A stretch of DNA of 23,650 bases from Candidatus Geocrenenecus huangii (lineage in GTDB: Archaea; Thermoproteota; Nitrososphaeria_A; Caldarchaeales; Wolframiiraptoraceae). Made by a program: the position numbers and the translations under genes. The stretch lies in contig JALNLM010000017.1 in assembly GCA_023254095.1 (NCBI GenBank), positions 1-23,650 on the forward strand, read 5' to 3'. The notes below the pieces were generated by a model, which was given only the letters and a program-made list of their open reading frames with translations, was not told the DNA's origin and did not search any database. Below are positions 7,975 through 17,739 of the stretch, in pieces; positions within the stretch are counted from its first letter, which is position 1, and each line of letters opens with the position of its first letter.

Positions 7975-8726
7975 TAGTTCTTCCTGGAACACTTGATACA
8001 TCTAGAAACATAGCTAGATATTTAAGAGATTTAGATATTGATGTGAAGATAATCCCTGTCATCTGTATTGAGGTTAATCAAAACGAAGTCGAGTCAGCTT
8101 ATAGAGCATTCTACTCCGGATTCACTCCAGACGTTAGTATCTTTACAAGTAAGACAGCAGTTAAGATCGTAAAGAAACTAATCCCAGAAGCTTGGAGGTA
8201 TGCTAAAAGATATTCTATAGCCATTGGTCCAGGGACAGCATCTCTTATAAGAAGGCTAGGTGGATCGAGGGTAAAGTATCCGCAAGAACATTCATCAGAG
8301 GGATTGATAAAGTATCTAATCAATCTCCCCGACTCAATAAGAATAGCAGCATACTGCTCAAGTGAAGTAAATATATTATTAGAAAATTTTCTGAAGGAAT
8401 ATTTCAAAGAACTCTACTTGTGGAAGCTGTATACTCTTTCTGAGAAAGCTACTTCGATAAATGAGATGGTAGATCTCTTCAAAACATCAATTGGAGGAAT
8501 TTTTCTGATAGTCATCACTTCTTCAAAGATCCTTAGAATTATTTCCAGAGAAGCAGAGTCAATAACAAAGCATGGAAACGTGTTTTTCTCGGTAATCAGC
8601 AAAAGATTGGCAGAGGAAGCTTCTCGTCTAGGTCTAAAAATCGATCATTCATCCTCAACCAACAACATTATAGGATACTACGATGAACTAAGAAAATATA
8701 TTAACCATTTATTGGGGTATATTTAG
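7956..8726 (+). CDS. hemD: Uroporphyrinogen-III synthase
   Basis: Overlaps the cobA end. VSIFTSKTAVKIVKKLIPEAW, AIGPGTASLIRRLGG, PQEHSSEGLIKYL and VIVITSSKILRII fit the divergent HemD fold. The position in a siroheme gene cluster supports it. Confidence 0.8.
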   Translation: MDRNIVVVLPGTLDTSRNIARYLRDLDIDVKIIPVICIEVNQNEVESAYRAFYSGFTPDVSIFTSKTAVKIVKKLIPEAWRYAKRYSIAIGPGTASLIRRLGGSRVKYPQEHSSEGLIKYLINLPDSIRIAAYCSSEVNILLENFLKEYFKELYLWKLYTLSEKATSINEMVDLFKTSIGGIFLIVITSSKILRIISREAESITKHGNVFFSVISKRLAEEASRLGLKIDHSSSTNNIIGYYDELRKYINHLLGYI

Positions 8727-8949
8727 TTGAAGAAAAATTGTCGAGATATCATACTGTCTCAAGGTAAGGCTCTCTTATCAGAATTCTTCTTCCATATAGG
8801 TACAACTTCATGATAGCAATAATATTATACTGTTGTTGTTTTTATATGAATTCTGTGGACTAAATAAATCATATACTTTTACGTATGGTTTAAGATTAAG
8901 TGATATGGTTAAATAATTCAATCCTAACAATTTATAAATGGGTTCATAA

Positions 8950-9636
8950 ATGTATGAGTATTCCTTATTCATCATTGGGATTATGATGCCGTATCTCACG
9001 TTAATAGTGTTTGGTGTTGCACTGATTTACAATTTCTTTAAATGGATGTTCCTACCTAGACCAGTGATGTGGGCTATCTTTCCTGCGAAAGAAAATATCG
9101 TAAGCATATTTCTTACTATTGCAAAAAGAATCTTTTCATTACCAGGTCCTATGAAGTTTGATAAATTAATATTTACGCTAGCATGGATGTTCCATATAGG
9201 GTTAATTGTAAGTCTATCATTACACGCTAAATACATCCTCCTTCCCCATTTACCGTTTGAATATGAAATGGGTTCGATAGCAGGATTGCTTGCAGCTATC
9301 GGCTCCTTTGGTTTCATTATCAGAAGATACTATGATAAGAGAGCAGAATCCTATTTTGCAGATTATTTCGCCTTAATACTGTTAATTGTTACATTACTAC
9401 TCGGTACATATATTCGAATTCTTAAGTTGATAGATCCAACTCAATTATGGAGCTGGGTTCAGGGAATCTTAAGTCTGAGCCCTACCTTACCACCTACCAA
9501 TACTTTATTCTTAATTCATCTATTCTTTGCACAGATCTATATGATGTATCTGCCATTTAAGACGCTTATACATCCAATAGCGATATTCTACGGACAGAAG
9601 GTTATTCTCGATAAGAGACATCTCGTAGAGGAGTGA
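8950..9636 (+). CDS. dsrM: Membrane cytochrome b-type subunit, DsrM/NarI-like
   Basis: Multi-TM protein with conserved His in FTLAWMFHIGLIVSLSLHAKYILLP and LFLIHLFFAQIYMMYLPFKTLIHP, directly followed by a DsrK-like protein and dsrAB. The true start may be ATG-ATG (MMPYLTL) a few codons downstream. Confidence 0.8.
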   Translation: MYEYSLFIIGIMMPYLTLIVFGVALIYNFFKWMFLPRPVMWAIFPAKENIVSIFLTIAKRIFSLPGPMKFDKLIFTLAWMFHIGLIVSLSLHAKYILLPHLPFEYEMGSIAGLLAAIGSFGFIIRRYYDKRAESYFADYFALILLIVTLLLGTYIRILKLIDPTQLWSWVQGILSLSPTLPPTNTLFLIHLFFAQIYMMYLPFKTLIHPIAIFYGQKVILDKRHLVEE

Positions 9637-9637
9637 T

Positions 9638-11026
9638 GTGAAGATGATGGAGAAGCTATTCGATGAATATAGAGGTCTCTCTGATAAAAAGATCCGTCCC
9701 CATGAACCTAAATCTGAACAATTTCTCAAAGCATTCAAAGAACTATTAGACAAGAAGAATAATTGGACTTTTCTACTACCCCTTAAGCTAACATTGGAAG
9801 CATGTACACATTGTGGAACCTGTGCTGAGGCATGCCCTGTTTATATTGGAAGTGAGAGGGAGAAGATCTACAGCCCAGTCTATAGAGCTGATATACTCAG
9901 AAGAATCTATAAGAAGCACTTTACATTTAGTGGCAAGATCTTTGGAAGACTGATAGGTGCTAAAGAAATTAATGAACAAGACGTTAATGCTTTGGCTGAA
10001 GCAGCTTATAGATGTACGATATGTAGGAGATGTGTTTTAGCATGTCCCTTTGGTTTAGATAACGGATTAGTTATGAGAGAAGCGAGAAAGATTCTAGCAG
10101 AATTAAATATAGTCCCAGATGAATTGAAGGAAGAAGGTGTAGAAAATCAGATTATGTATGGTAGCGCTCCCAAGATACCTTATGAGGCTTTAATGAATAT
10201 CTTAGATTTTGTAAAGAGTGAAATTGAGGAAAATAGGAAGAATATTAATGTGGAAGTACCCGTTGACAAAGTTGGTGCAAAATATTTAATCATAAATAAT
10301 GCAGGAGATTACCTATCTTTTCTAGATACCATTAGAGGGATTGTCGAGATAATGAACTATGTAAATGAAGACTGGACGTTCAATTCTTCAAGGACAGGAG
10401 TATTTGATAATGTTAATTATGGACTGTTCTATAGCGATAAAGACATGGTTAGGGTAATTAAAGCACATTTGGAAACCTTTAAGAAACTTAAACCAGAATA
10501 CGTTGTCATAGGAGAATGTGGACATGCTTATGATGTTCTCGGACATTTAATGAAGGATCTCATTCCACCTGAAGAGAGACCATTTAAAGTAATACATATA
10601 GTTGAACTTTATGATAAACTCTTAAGAGAAGGCAAGCTGAAGCTCGATAAAAATAAGAATACTAAACCAGTGACTTTTCATGATTCATGCAAGATTGGAA
10701 GATGCGGTGGAATATATGAAGAGCCTCGCAGAGTGATAACCGCTTCATGTAAAGATTTTAGAGAAATGTATCCTAACAGAGAGCTAAATTACTGTTGTGG
10801 AGGAGGTGGAGGATTCGCATTAATGAGTAAATATAATTTCCTAGATTTTAGAATGAAAACTTATGGGAAACTAAAAGTACAGCAAGTTAAAGATACGGGG
10901 TCCTCCACATTAATAACTATTTGTGCAAATTGTAAAAGACAATTTCTAGACATGGTAAGTTACTACAATTTGAATATCAACGTCTCCGGTTTAAGTGAGA
11001 TAGTTGCAAATGCTCTAGTCTATTAA
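9638..11026 (+). CDS. dsrK: Heterodisulfide reductase D-like Fe-S protein, DsrK-like
   Basis: HCGTCAEACPVY and CTICRRCVLACPFG [4Fe-4S] motifs, and CCG-domain motifs SCKIGRCGG, YCCGGGGG and CANCKRQF. GTG start 2 nt after the dsrM stop. Confidence 0.88.
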   Translation: MKMMEKLFDEYRGLSDKKIRPHEPKSEQFLKAFKELLDKKNNWTFLLPLKLTLEACTHCGTCAEACPVYIGSEREKIYSPVYRADILRRIYKKHFTFSGKIFGRLIGAKEINEQDVNALAEAAYRCTICRRCVLACPFGLDNGLVMREARKILAELNIVPDELKEEGVENQIMYGSAPKIPYEALMNILDFVKSEIEENRKNINVEVPVDKVGAKYLIINNAGDYLSFLDTIRGIVEIMNYVNEDWTFNSSRTGVFDNVNYGLFYSDKDMVRVIKAHLETFKKLKPEYVVIGECGHAYDVLGHLMKDLIPPEERPFKVIHIVELYDKLLREGKLKLDKNKNTKPVTFHDSCKIGRCGGIYEEPRRVITASCKDFREMYPNRELNYCCGGGGGFALMSKYNFLDFRMKTYGKLKVQQVKDTGSSTLITICANCKRQFLDMVSYYNLNINVSGLSEIVANALVY

Positions 11027-11318
11027 TAATTTGAAAAAAGTAGAGACTGATTACAGATAACAAAGCTTTCTAAGAGATACATTGAAAAATACCAAGACGT
11101 GTCTTATTTTTTAGTTTAGTAATTAATCTTAGGATCACAGATAGATTCATTAGTTGATCTGCTAAAGAATTTTATTCATGATTCTAAGAATCTATGATTT
11201 TCTCAGAGATGTTATCGTGAACTAACTAGTATTGATAACAAAGTTATTAAAATCTTATAGAATTTTCTAATAAAAAAGAATATATACGTCTCTGAATAAA
11301 TATCTAGATGAGTAAAAA

Positions 11319-12497
11319 ATGTCTGAGACACCTCTTTTAGATGAATTAGAGAAAGGTCCATGGCCAAGCTTTATTAAAGAGATGAAGCGGATGGCTGCCT
11401 TAAAGCCATATGCTAAGAACGTCCTACTACAGCTTGAGAGATCTTACAAGGAGAGGGTGACCCATTGGAAGCATGGTGGAATAGTTGGTGTCTGGGGATA
11501 CGGCGGGGGAGTAATCGGAAGGTATAGTGATCTTCCACCAGAAGCCATGCCTACCCCTGAAGTTCATACGCTTAGAGTAGCTCAACCAGCTGGATGGTTT
11601 TATTCAACAAAAGCTCTTAGAAAACTTTGCGATATATGGGAGAAATACGGGACGGGCTTCATAAATCTACACGGCTCTACCGGAGATATAATATTGCTAG
11701 GCGCACCGACAGCAAATCTACAACCTTGCTTCGATGATTTAGCTGCAAATGGTTTCGACTTAGGTGGATCTGGAAGCGATGTTAGGTCGCTTAGCTGTTG
11801 TGGCGGACCGGCATTCTGTCAATGGGCATGCGTAGACACGCTTGACATGTACCATGACCTGACGATGGAGTTCCAAGACGAGATACATAGACCTAGATTT
11901 CCATATAAGTTCAAGATAAAGATCTCTGGATGCCCAAACGATTGTGTATGCGCATTGGCTCGAGCGGATCTAGCTATCATTGGTACGTGGAGAGATTCGA
12001 TAAAGATTGATCAAGAAGCTGTTAGAGAGTATGCTAAGAATGGCGTTAATATAGCCGCCGTAGCTGCTAGATGCCCACCCCAAGCTCTTGAATGGGATGG
12101 TAAAGAATTAAGAGTAATCCCTGAAGATTGTACGAGATGCATGAGATGTCTAGGCGCTTTACCGAAGGCGATTCTGCCTGGAGATGATAGAGGCGTAACA
12201 ATTCTGTTAGGTGGAAAAGCAACAATCCTCCAAGGAGCATTCCTTGGATGGGTAATAGTACCCTTCATGAAGGCTGAAAAACCCTACAATGAATTAAAAG
12301 ACCTGATAAGAAAGATTCTGGATTGGTGGGATGAAAATGCGAGAACAAGGGAGAGGATAGGAGAACTAGTATATAGAGTCGGTATGAGAAGCTTCCTAAA
12401 AGCTGTCGGCTTACCGCCTACACCACAGATGATCCATGTTCCTAGAGCCAATCCATACTACTTCTGGAGTCCAGAAGAACTAGAGGAGGTGAAGTGA
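11319..12497 (+). CDS. dsrA: Dissimilatory sulfite reductase alpha subunit
   Basis: HGSTGDIILLG, SLSCCGGPAFCQWACVDT, KIKISGCPNDCVCALARADLAIIG (siroheme/[4Fe-4S] Cys set), and inserted ferredoxin domain CTRCMRCLGALPKA. Confidence 0.97.
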   Translation: MSETPLLDELEKGPWPSFIKEMKRMAALKPYAKNVLLQLERSYKERVTHWKHGGIVGVWGYGGGVIGRYSDLPPEAMPTPEVHTLRVAQPAGWFYSTKALRKLCDIWEKYGTGFINLHGSTGDIILLGAPTANLQPCFDDLAANGFDLGGSGSDVRSLSCCGGPAFCQWACVDTLDMYHDLTMEFQDEIHRPRFPYKFKIKISGCPNDCVCALARADLAIIGTWRDSIKIDQEAVREYAKNGVNIAAVAARCPPQALEWDGKELRVIPEDCTRCMRCLGALPKAILPGDDRGVTILLGGKATILQGAFLGWVIVPFMKAEKPYNELKDLIRKILDWWDENARTRERIGELVYRVGMRSFLKAVGLPPTPQMIHVPRANPYYFWSPEELEEVK

Positions 12498-12500
12498 AAG

Positions 12501-13574
12501 ATGGCGGCGAAAGAAAAGCATATCACAGATATTGGTCCACCGCATTACAGAGACATGGTTCATCCAGTGCTCTTGAAAAATTATGGTAAATGGAGATACC
12601 ATGAATATGTTGCTCCAGGAGTGATAAAGCATGTTTCTATGAATGGTGAAGAGGTATACATGGTTAGAGCTGCGATACCAAAGATCGTCAGCGTCTACTT
12701 TGTTAGAGAGCTCTGTGATATCGCTGACAAATATTCAGATGGATACGTAAAGTTTACGAGCAGACATAATGTAGAATTCATAGTTGCCAACAAAAATAAG
12801 CTAGATGGATTACTTAAGGAATTGAAAGAGAAGGGCTGGGTTGTCGGCGGCACTGGGCGATCGCTGAAAGCCATAATACATACTCAAGGATGGGTTCACT
12901 GTCATACAGCTATAATAGATGCGCCTGGACTTGCCAAAGCATTGTACGATGAACTATATGAATACTTTGTTAGAGATGATCTCCCGGGCAAGCTTAAGAT
13001 AGCTATTGCATGCTGTCTAAACATGTGTGGAGCTGTACACTGCTCAGATCTAGCATTCGTCGGAATGCATAGGAAGCCACCCGTAGTCAACGACGATATA
13101 GTAAGTAGGTTATGTGAGATACCTACGCTCGTAGCAAGCTGCCCGACCGCGGCTATTAGACCCGCGCCCGAGAAGAAATCGGTAGTTGTAAATGAAGAAA
13201 GATGCATGTATTGCGGAAACTGTTATACAGTCTGCCCTGGGATGTTCATACATAATCCTAAGTATGATTGTTTATCGATGTGGGTTGGAGGAAATGCGGT
13301 AGCCGGAGGCCCACCTGAGTTCTCTAGACTTGCAATACCGTATCTACCGAATAACCCACCTAGATGGCCAGAAGCTGTTCAAGCAGCAAGGAATGTTATT
13401 GATACATGGATTAAGCATGCAAAGAAGGGTGAAAGAATAGGAGACTGGATAAAGAGGATAGGGTGGGAAAGGTTCTTCACGTTGACGGGGATACAGTTCA
13501 CAGACAAGCATATAGATGACTTCATATTCGCAGTGCCGACATTCCGAACCACAACGCTTTTCAAGTGGAGATAG
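12501..13574 (+). CDS. dsrB: Dissimilatory sulfite reductase beta subunit
   Basis: YVKFTSRHNVEFIV, TQGWVHCHTAIIDAPGLAKALYDEL, IACCLNMCGAVHCSDLAFVG and CMYCGNCYTVCPGM. Confidence 0.97.
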   Translation: MAAKEKHITDIGPPHYRDMVHPVLLKNYGKWRYHEYVAPGVIKHVSMNGEEVYMVRAAIPKIVSVYFVRELCDIADKYSDGYVKFTSRHNVEFIVANKNKLDGLLKELKEKGWVVGGTGRSLKAIIHTQGWVHCHTAIIDAPGLAKALYDELYEYFVRDDLPGKLKIAIACCLNMCGAVHCSDLAFVGMHRKPPVVNDDIVSRLCEIPTLVASCPTAAIRPAPEKKSVVVNEERCMYCGNCYTVCPGMFIHNPKYDCLSMWVGGNAVAGGPPEFSRLAIPYLPNNPPRWPEAVQAARNVIDTWIKHAKKGERIGDWIKRIGWERFFTLTGIQFTDKHIDDFIFAVPTFRTTTLFKWR

Positions 13575-13594
13575 TATCTAATAAATGAGGCGGA

Positions 13595-13807
13595 ATGTCC
13601 GAGGTAACAGAAGAAATTAAAAACCAGATAGTCGAATACTTGAAGAAGGTTAAGAGGTCTGTTACCAGTAGGGACGTGGCTAAAGCATTAAAACTCGAAA
13701 AGAAAATCGTAGATAAAGCTGTTAACGAACTTGTTAGTGAAGGAAAAATAGAATGGGTATCATTCGGTGGGGAAACAAGGATAAAAATACCGGAGGCAAC
13801 CGAATAG
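13595..13807 (+). CDS. dsrD: DsrD-like small winged-helix protein
   Basis: 70 aa, immediately downstream of dsrB. Winged-helix pattern EEIKNQIVEYLKKVKRSVTSRDVAKALKLEKKIVDKAVNELVSEGKIEWVSFGGETRIKIP. Confidence 0.85.
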   Translation: MSEVTEEIKNQIVEYLKKVKRSVTSRDVAKALKLEKKIVDKAVNELVSEGKIEWVSFGGETRIKIPEATE

Positions 13808-13921
13808 ATCTTACCGTGAGATTACCTCCTATTTTTTTACCTTTCCCCTTCTATAGCACGATTATTTTGATGAACTATATTTAAATTGTCGAAGATATGT
13901 TTTCTCAATGGTGGTCGGTAA

Positions 13922-14107
13922 ATGTTTATTGTAAATGTTGATAGAGAAAAATGCACTGGAGACGGAGAGTGCGTCAACATATGTCCTGTATCTGTCTTTG
14001 AGCTACAGAATGGTAAGGCTGTTCCAGTGAATGGAGACCAATGTCTTGGATGTAGGTCCTGTGAGGCTGTCTGTCCTTCTGGTGCGATTACTGTTACAGA
14101 GATGTAG
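13922..14107 (+). CDS. Two-cluster ferredoxin with Asp replacing the second Cys of the first motif
   Basis: CTGDGECVNICP and CLGCRSCEAVCP in a 61-aa protein. Confidence 0.9.
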   Translation: MFIVNVDREKCTGDGECVNICPVSVFELQNGKAVPVNGDQCLGCRSCEAVCPSGAITVTEM

Positions 14108-14111
14108 TTAA

Positions 14112-15194
14112 TCATACTCCATAAGCCTTATAACATGTAAAACATGGATCGGGAAGCCGCATACTTTTGTTGGTTAGGTTGCTGAAGTCGAGAAACCTGC
14201 TTAAAAAGTCTGTGGAGGACTTCCAATTATCAACCCTCTTTTTGTAGACTTTTCTGAAATCTGAGAGATCACTCTTATTATAGATATCAATTAATCTCTC
14301 TTTTTTTATGCTTCCGAAAACCAGTCTCGGTACAAAATATTGTTTGTTCCTGATATATCTTGGAATCAGATTGTTTTTTGTTGGAACATTTAGATAGACG
14401 CATGGAGATACAGCCCCATCATGCGAGATGTAGATATTCTCTACAGGATTCTCAGAGCATACTGCGACTTCACCCATCATCAGGGGGTAATTGTAAATAC
14501 TTATACCATTTTCTCTTGCTCTCTCTTCGCTTTCCTTAATTATCTCAACATACTCCTTTGGGGGATCTTCTCCGAGATAGGAGAAGACTTTCATTTCGTA
14601 ATGCTTCTTGCTAGGGATATAATCTATGTTTGTTCCTACGATCTCGTCTACGTTAAGTCTAGAGGCTAGCTCAACTACTTCAGGAAGCTCTCTAATGTTC
14701 TGCTTTATTCTCAGGAATGTAAAGATTATCCTTAAGTCTCTAGCATTCCTACTCCTCCTTAAACGCTCTAGACATTGTACGTTCTCGATTATCTTGTTGA
14801 AGTTTGTCCCAACCCTGATACACTCATGGGTTTCTTTCCTTGATCCCGCAATAGATACCGCTATCGTCTTTACCCCGTTTTCGATTAACTTCTCAGATAC
14901 ACTTTCAGTTAAAAGCGTGGCATTCGTAGTTAATCCAATTAATCCATCATTCTTTGAAGCTATTTTAACCATCTCGAAAATATGCTTGGATAAGAGAGGC
15001 TCACCCCAACCCTGAAGCCAGATGACCTTGAATCCTTCAAAGTATTCTACAAGTCTCAGATAATCTTCTAAAGATAAGTCTCCTGCGTTCCACTCATCCC
15101 CCATAAACGGTTTAGGACACATAATACAACATGCATTACATCTGGATGTAACTTCTATCTGTAGGATGCCTTTAGGAACATCCATAAACTCCAT
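14112..15194 (-). CDS. Radical SAM protein with SPASM-like C-terminal region
   Basis: CNACCIMC (CX3CX2C) near the N-terminus, WLQGWGEPLLS, GLTTNATLL, VSIAG, and C-terminal Cys residues CSEN...SPCVYLNVP and PDPCFTCYKAYG. Confidence 0.85.
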   Translation of the reverse strand: MEFMDVPKGILQIEVTSRCNACCIMCPKPFMGDEWNAGDLSLEDYLRLVEYFEGFKVIWLQGWGEPLLSKHIFEMVKIASKNDGLIGLTTNATLLTESVSEKLIENGVKTIAVSIAGSRKETHECIRVGTNFNKIIENVQCLERLRRSRNARDLRIIFTFLRIKQNIRELPEVVELASRLNVDEIVGTNIDYIPSKKHYEMKVFSYLGEDPPKEYVEIIKESEERARENGISIYNYPLMMGEVAVCSENPVENIYISHDGAVSPCVYLNVPTKNNLIPRYIRNKQYFVPRLVFGSIKKERLIDIYNKSDLSDFRKVYKKRVDNWKSSTDFLSRFLDFSNLTNKSMRLPDPCFTCYKAYGV

Positions 15195-15387
15195 TATTAA
15201 ATTGGCTGGCTGAAAATATAAGTATTGAACGAAGTCGTTAACTCAGGTTAGCGTGATGTATTATGTAGGACTTTTTCAGAGAGTTAAACGTTATTTCTAT
15301 TGATGGCAAACTATCCAATGAACTCTCCTTATATATTTATGCATTTTTCCACATTAAACCTTATAAACCTTCTAGAATTACTTATTC

Positions 15388-16761
15388 TTGACCTATATGC
15401 CTATAGTTTGGTCTAGTCTATGGAAAAAAGAAGACTGGTGGGCAGTCTGGGTAGGTTTCATAATAATACTGCTGGGTCTCGCAGCCGCCGCAGCAACAGG
15501 GTGGACTGCGCAGCCACTCCTCCAACCGTGGACAGGCTGGTATGCTAATATCGAGAAACTCGCTATAGATGCAAACCATGCATTAGGATGGATAGCTGTA
15601 TTCATCTTTACATTAATATTGACTATGATCGGAGTATGTGCTATTGAAGGAAAATTCGTAAAAGAGTATATACCAGGCTACCTGGTAGTATTCATACTTT
15701 CATGGATAGCTGTGATGATAGGAGCTACGCCTTTCGCTAAAACTTGGGGTCTCGAATATCCTCTATGGGCTTTGATAATAGGGCTACTGATCAGTAATAC
15801 TGTTGGTGTTCCAAAATGGTTGAAACCAGCTGTCAGAACAGAATTCTTCATAAAGATCGGTCTTGTAATCCTCGGTCTTGGAATATTCTTCACAGACTTA
15901 GTCGTCGCTGGAGGGCTTGCCGTAGTTCAAGCACTAATAAACGTTCTAGTAATATGGTATGTAGCATATTATATATGTAGAGGTTTCGGGCTCGATAGAG
16001 AATTCTCAAGCATTATGGCTACGGGTGTATCAATCTGCGGTGTTTCAGCAGCTATAGCTGCTGGAGGAGCCGTAAAAGGAGACCCGAAGTACATAAGCTA
16101 TACGATCTCGATGGTTTTAATCACAGCAATACCGATGCTTGTAGGACTACCATACATAATTAAAGCATTAGAGCCCGTCATTGGAAAATATTGGCTACAT
16201 GTTGGAGGAGCATGGATAGGAGCTACAATAGACACTACTCCGGCTGTCGTTGCTGCTGGAGGATTCTTAGGAGGCAGGGCAATGGATGTGGCCGCTATCG
16301 TTAAGATGGCTCAGAACATCCTGATAGGATTTGCCGCGTTTATAATGGCCGTGTACTGGGTCTTCAGGGTAGAGAAGAAACCCGAGGAAAGAGTCAGTCC
16401 AATGGAGGTCTGGTACAGGTTCCCGAAGTTCATCTTAGGGTTCATAGTGGCCAGCATTCTTGTAACAATAGTGATATCATCGATCGCTGGAGCAATGGGC
16501 ATTTCTCTAGCTAAAGCTAAAAGCGATTTTGTAGTAAAGTTCTGGCAAGGTGCAGTTGACAAGTATAGGAGCATCATCTTCTTCCCACTCGCCTTCGTCG
16601 GCATAGGTCTAGATACAAGGTTTAAAGAGCTTGTCGCTATAGGTAGAGGTAGACCAGCAGCTGCATATGTAGTAGCTCAGATAATCAACATAATCTTCTC
16701 GCTGTTCCTAGTATGGCTGCTCTGGGGAGGAATATTCTTCACACCACCACTAGCAGAATAA
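15388..16761 (+). CDS. YeiH/UPF0324-family putative sulfate exporter family membrane protein
   Basis: Highly hydrophobic multi-TM protein with GVSICGVSAAIAAGGAVK, WIGATIDTTPAVVAAGG and FPLAFVGIGLDTRFKEL motifs. Confidence 0.87.
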   Translation: MTYMPIVWSSLWKKEDWWAVWVGFIIILLGLAAAAATGWTAQPLLQPWTGWYANIEKLAIDANHALGWIAVFIFTLILTMIGVCAIEGKFVKEYIPGYLVVFILSWIAVMIGATPFAKTWGLEYPLWALIIGLLISNTVGVPKWLKPAVRTEFFIKIGLVILGLGIFFTDLVVAGGLAVVQALINVLVIWYVAYYICRGFGLDREFSSIMATGVSICGVSAAIAAGGAVKGDPKYISYTISMVLITAIPMLVGLPYIIKALEPVIGKYWLHVGGAWIGATIDTTPAVVAAGGFLGGRAMDVAAIVKMAQNILIGFAAFIMAVYWVFRVEKKPEERVSPMEVWYRFPKFILGFIVASILVTIVISSIAGAMGISLAKAKSDFVVKFWQGAVDKYRSIIFFPLAFVGIGLDTRFKELVAIGRGRPAAAYVVAQIINIIFSLFLVWLLWGGIFFTPPLAE

Positions 16762-16809
16762 ACTACCAAACTTCCAAATTTTTATTTTTTACTTTAGAAT
16801 CGTGATTTA

Positions 16810-17574
16810 TTAACTGACCATTTCTAGTCCCCGCAAATACAGGAATACACTTAAAGCATTAACTAGCAAATGCCCTGTTAAGGCTGAGGTTAACCTGAAA
16901 TTATTTCTTATAGTTAAGAACCCGAAGATGAATCCGAAGATGAACATGGGGATTATTCCCGCTAACAATCCTCTATACCAATGAAGGGCCGAGAACGATA
17001 TTGTTTGTAGAAAGTTCACTATCCATAAGTTCCTAAATATGTTCTTAAGGAGGTTTATAGAGAATCCTCTAAAGTAAAGTTCCTCGATAAATGCTGGAAC
17101 GATAGTCATGTATGTTGCGTAAAACCATGGATTAAGTATAGAGATCAATGTCAGCATTTTTTCAACAGGGACAACATAGCCATAGAAAATATTGAAGATT
17201 ACAGTATCGGTTTTTTCTGGAATGAATGATATGGAAACGATAGATATGATCCATGTTATAAGTATATAGAAGAGTGCAAATACGCCTCCATGAAAAATGT
17301 CGCTAAGGGCAAGCCTCACTGTTGACCCCACACCAATACTTCTGAAGCTTATACCGAACCTATACATAATGATAACCATCACGAAGAATATGCAGAAGTA
17401 TTTACATGATTGCCCAATATAGAACTCGACTTCACTTGGTGGAACAAAGAATCTTTCAGCTCCAGCGATTATTAGCCAAGGCAATCTAATAGAAAGCATA
17501 GTCAAGATTGGAGAAAGCCATACTAATATGAACGTAAAATCATTCTTCAATTCTAACTCAACAACAATGTACAA
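16810..17574 (-). CDS. CPBP-family (CAAX protease/bacteriocin-processing-like) intramembrane metalloprotease
   Basis: Multi-TM with EELYFRG, SALHWYRG and GHLLVNALS motifs. Confidence 0.82.
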   Translation of the reverse strand: MYIVVELELKNDFTFILVWLSPILTMLSIRLPWLIIAGAERFFVPPSEVEFYIGQSCKYFCIFFVMVIIMYRFGISFRSIGVGSTVRLALSDIFHGGVFALFYILITWIISIVSISFIPEKTDTVIFNIFYGYVVPVEKMLTLISILNPWFYATYMTIVPAFIEELYFRGFSINLLKNIFRNLWIVNFLQTISFSALHWYRGLLAGIIPMFIFGFIFGFLTIRNNFRLTSALTGHLLVNALSVFLYLRGLEMVS

Positions 17575-17739
17575 CTATCGAAAATAATAATTTTTCCGAA
17601 AATAATTACAGGATTCTTCAGCAGGAAGGAAGACGGAAAACATTATTCCATAACGGAAAAAACTAGTGGAGAATGAAAGTATGTGGTTTTTCAATGAAAA
17701 TATTTTTAAACTCGAAAAGTCTGTTCTTCTCTGAAAAAT

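Noticed and set aside
12011-13207. Minus-strand ORFs 12011-12268 and 12902-13207 inside dsrA/dsrB
   Set aside because: Antisense shadows of unambiguous dsrA and dsrB coding sequence.
14421-15015. + strand ORFs 14421-14669 and 14626-15015
   Set aside because: Antisense to the radical SAM gene, which has clear Fe-S motifs; the + strand translations lack family features.
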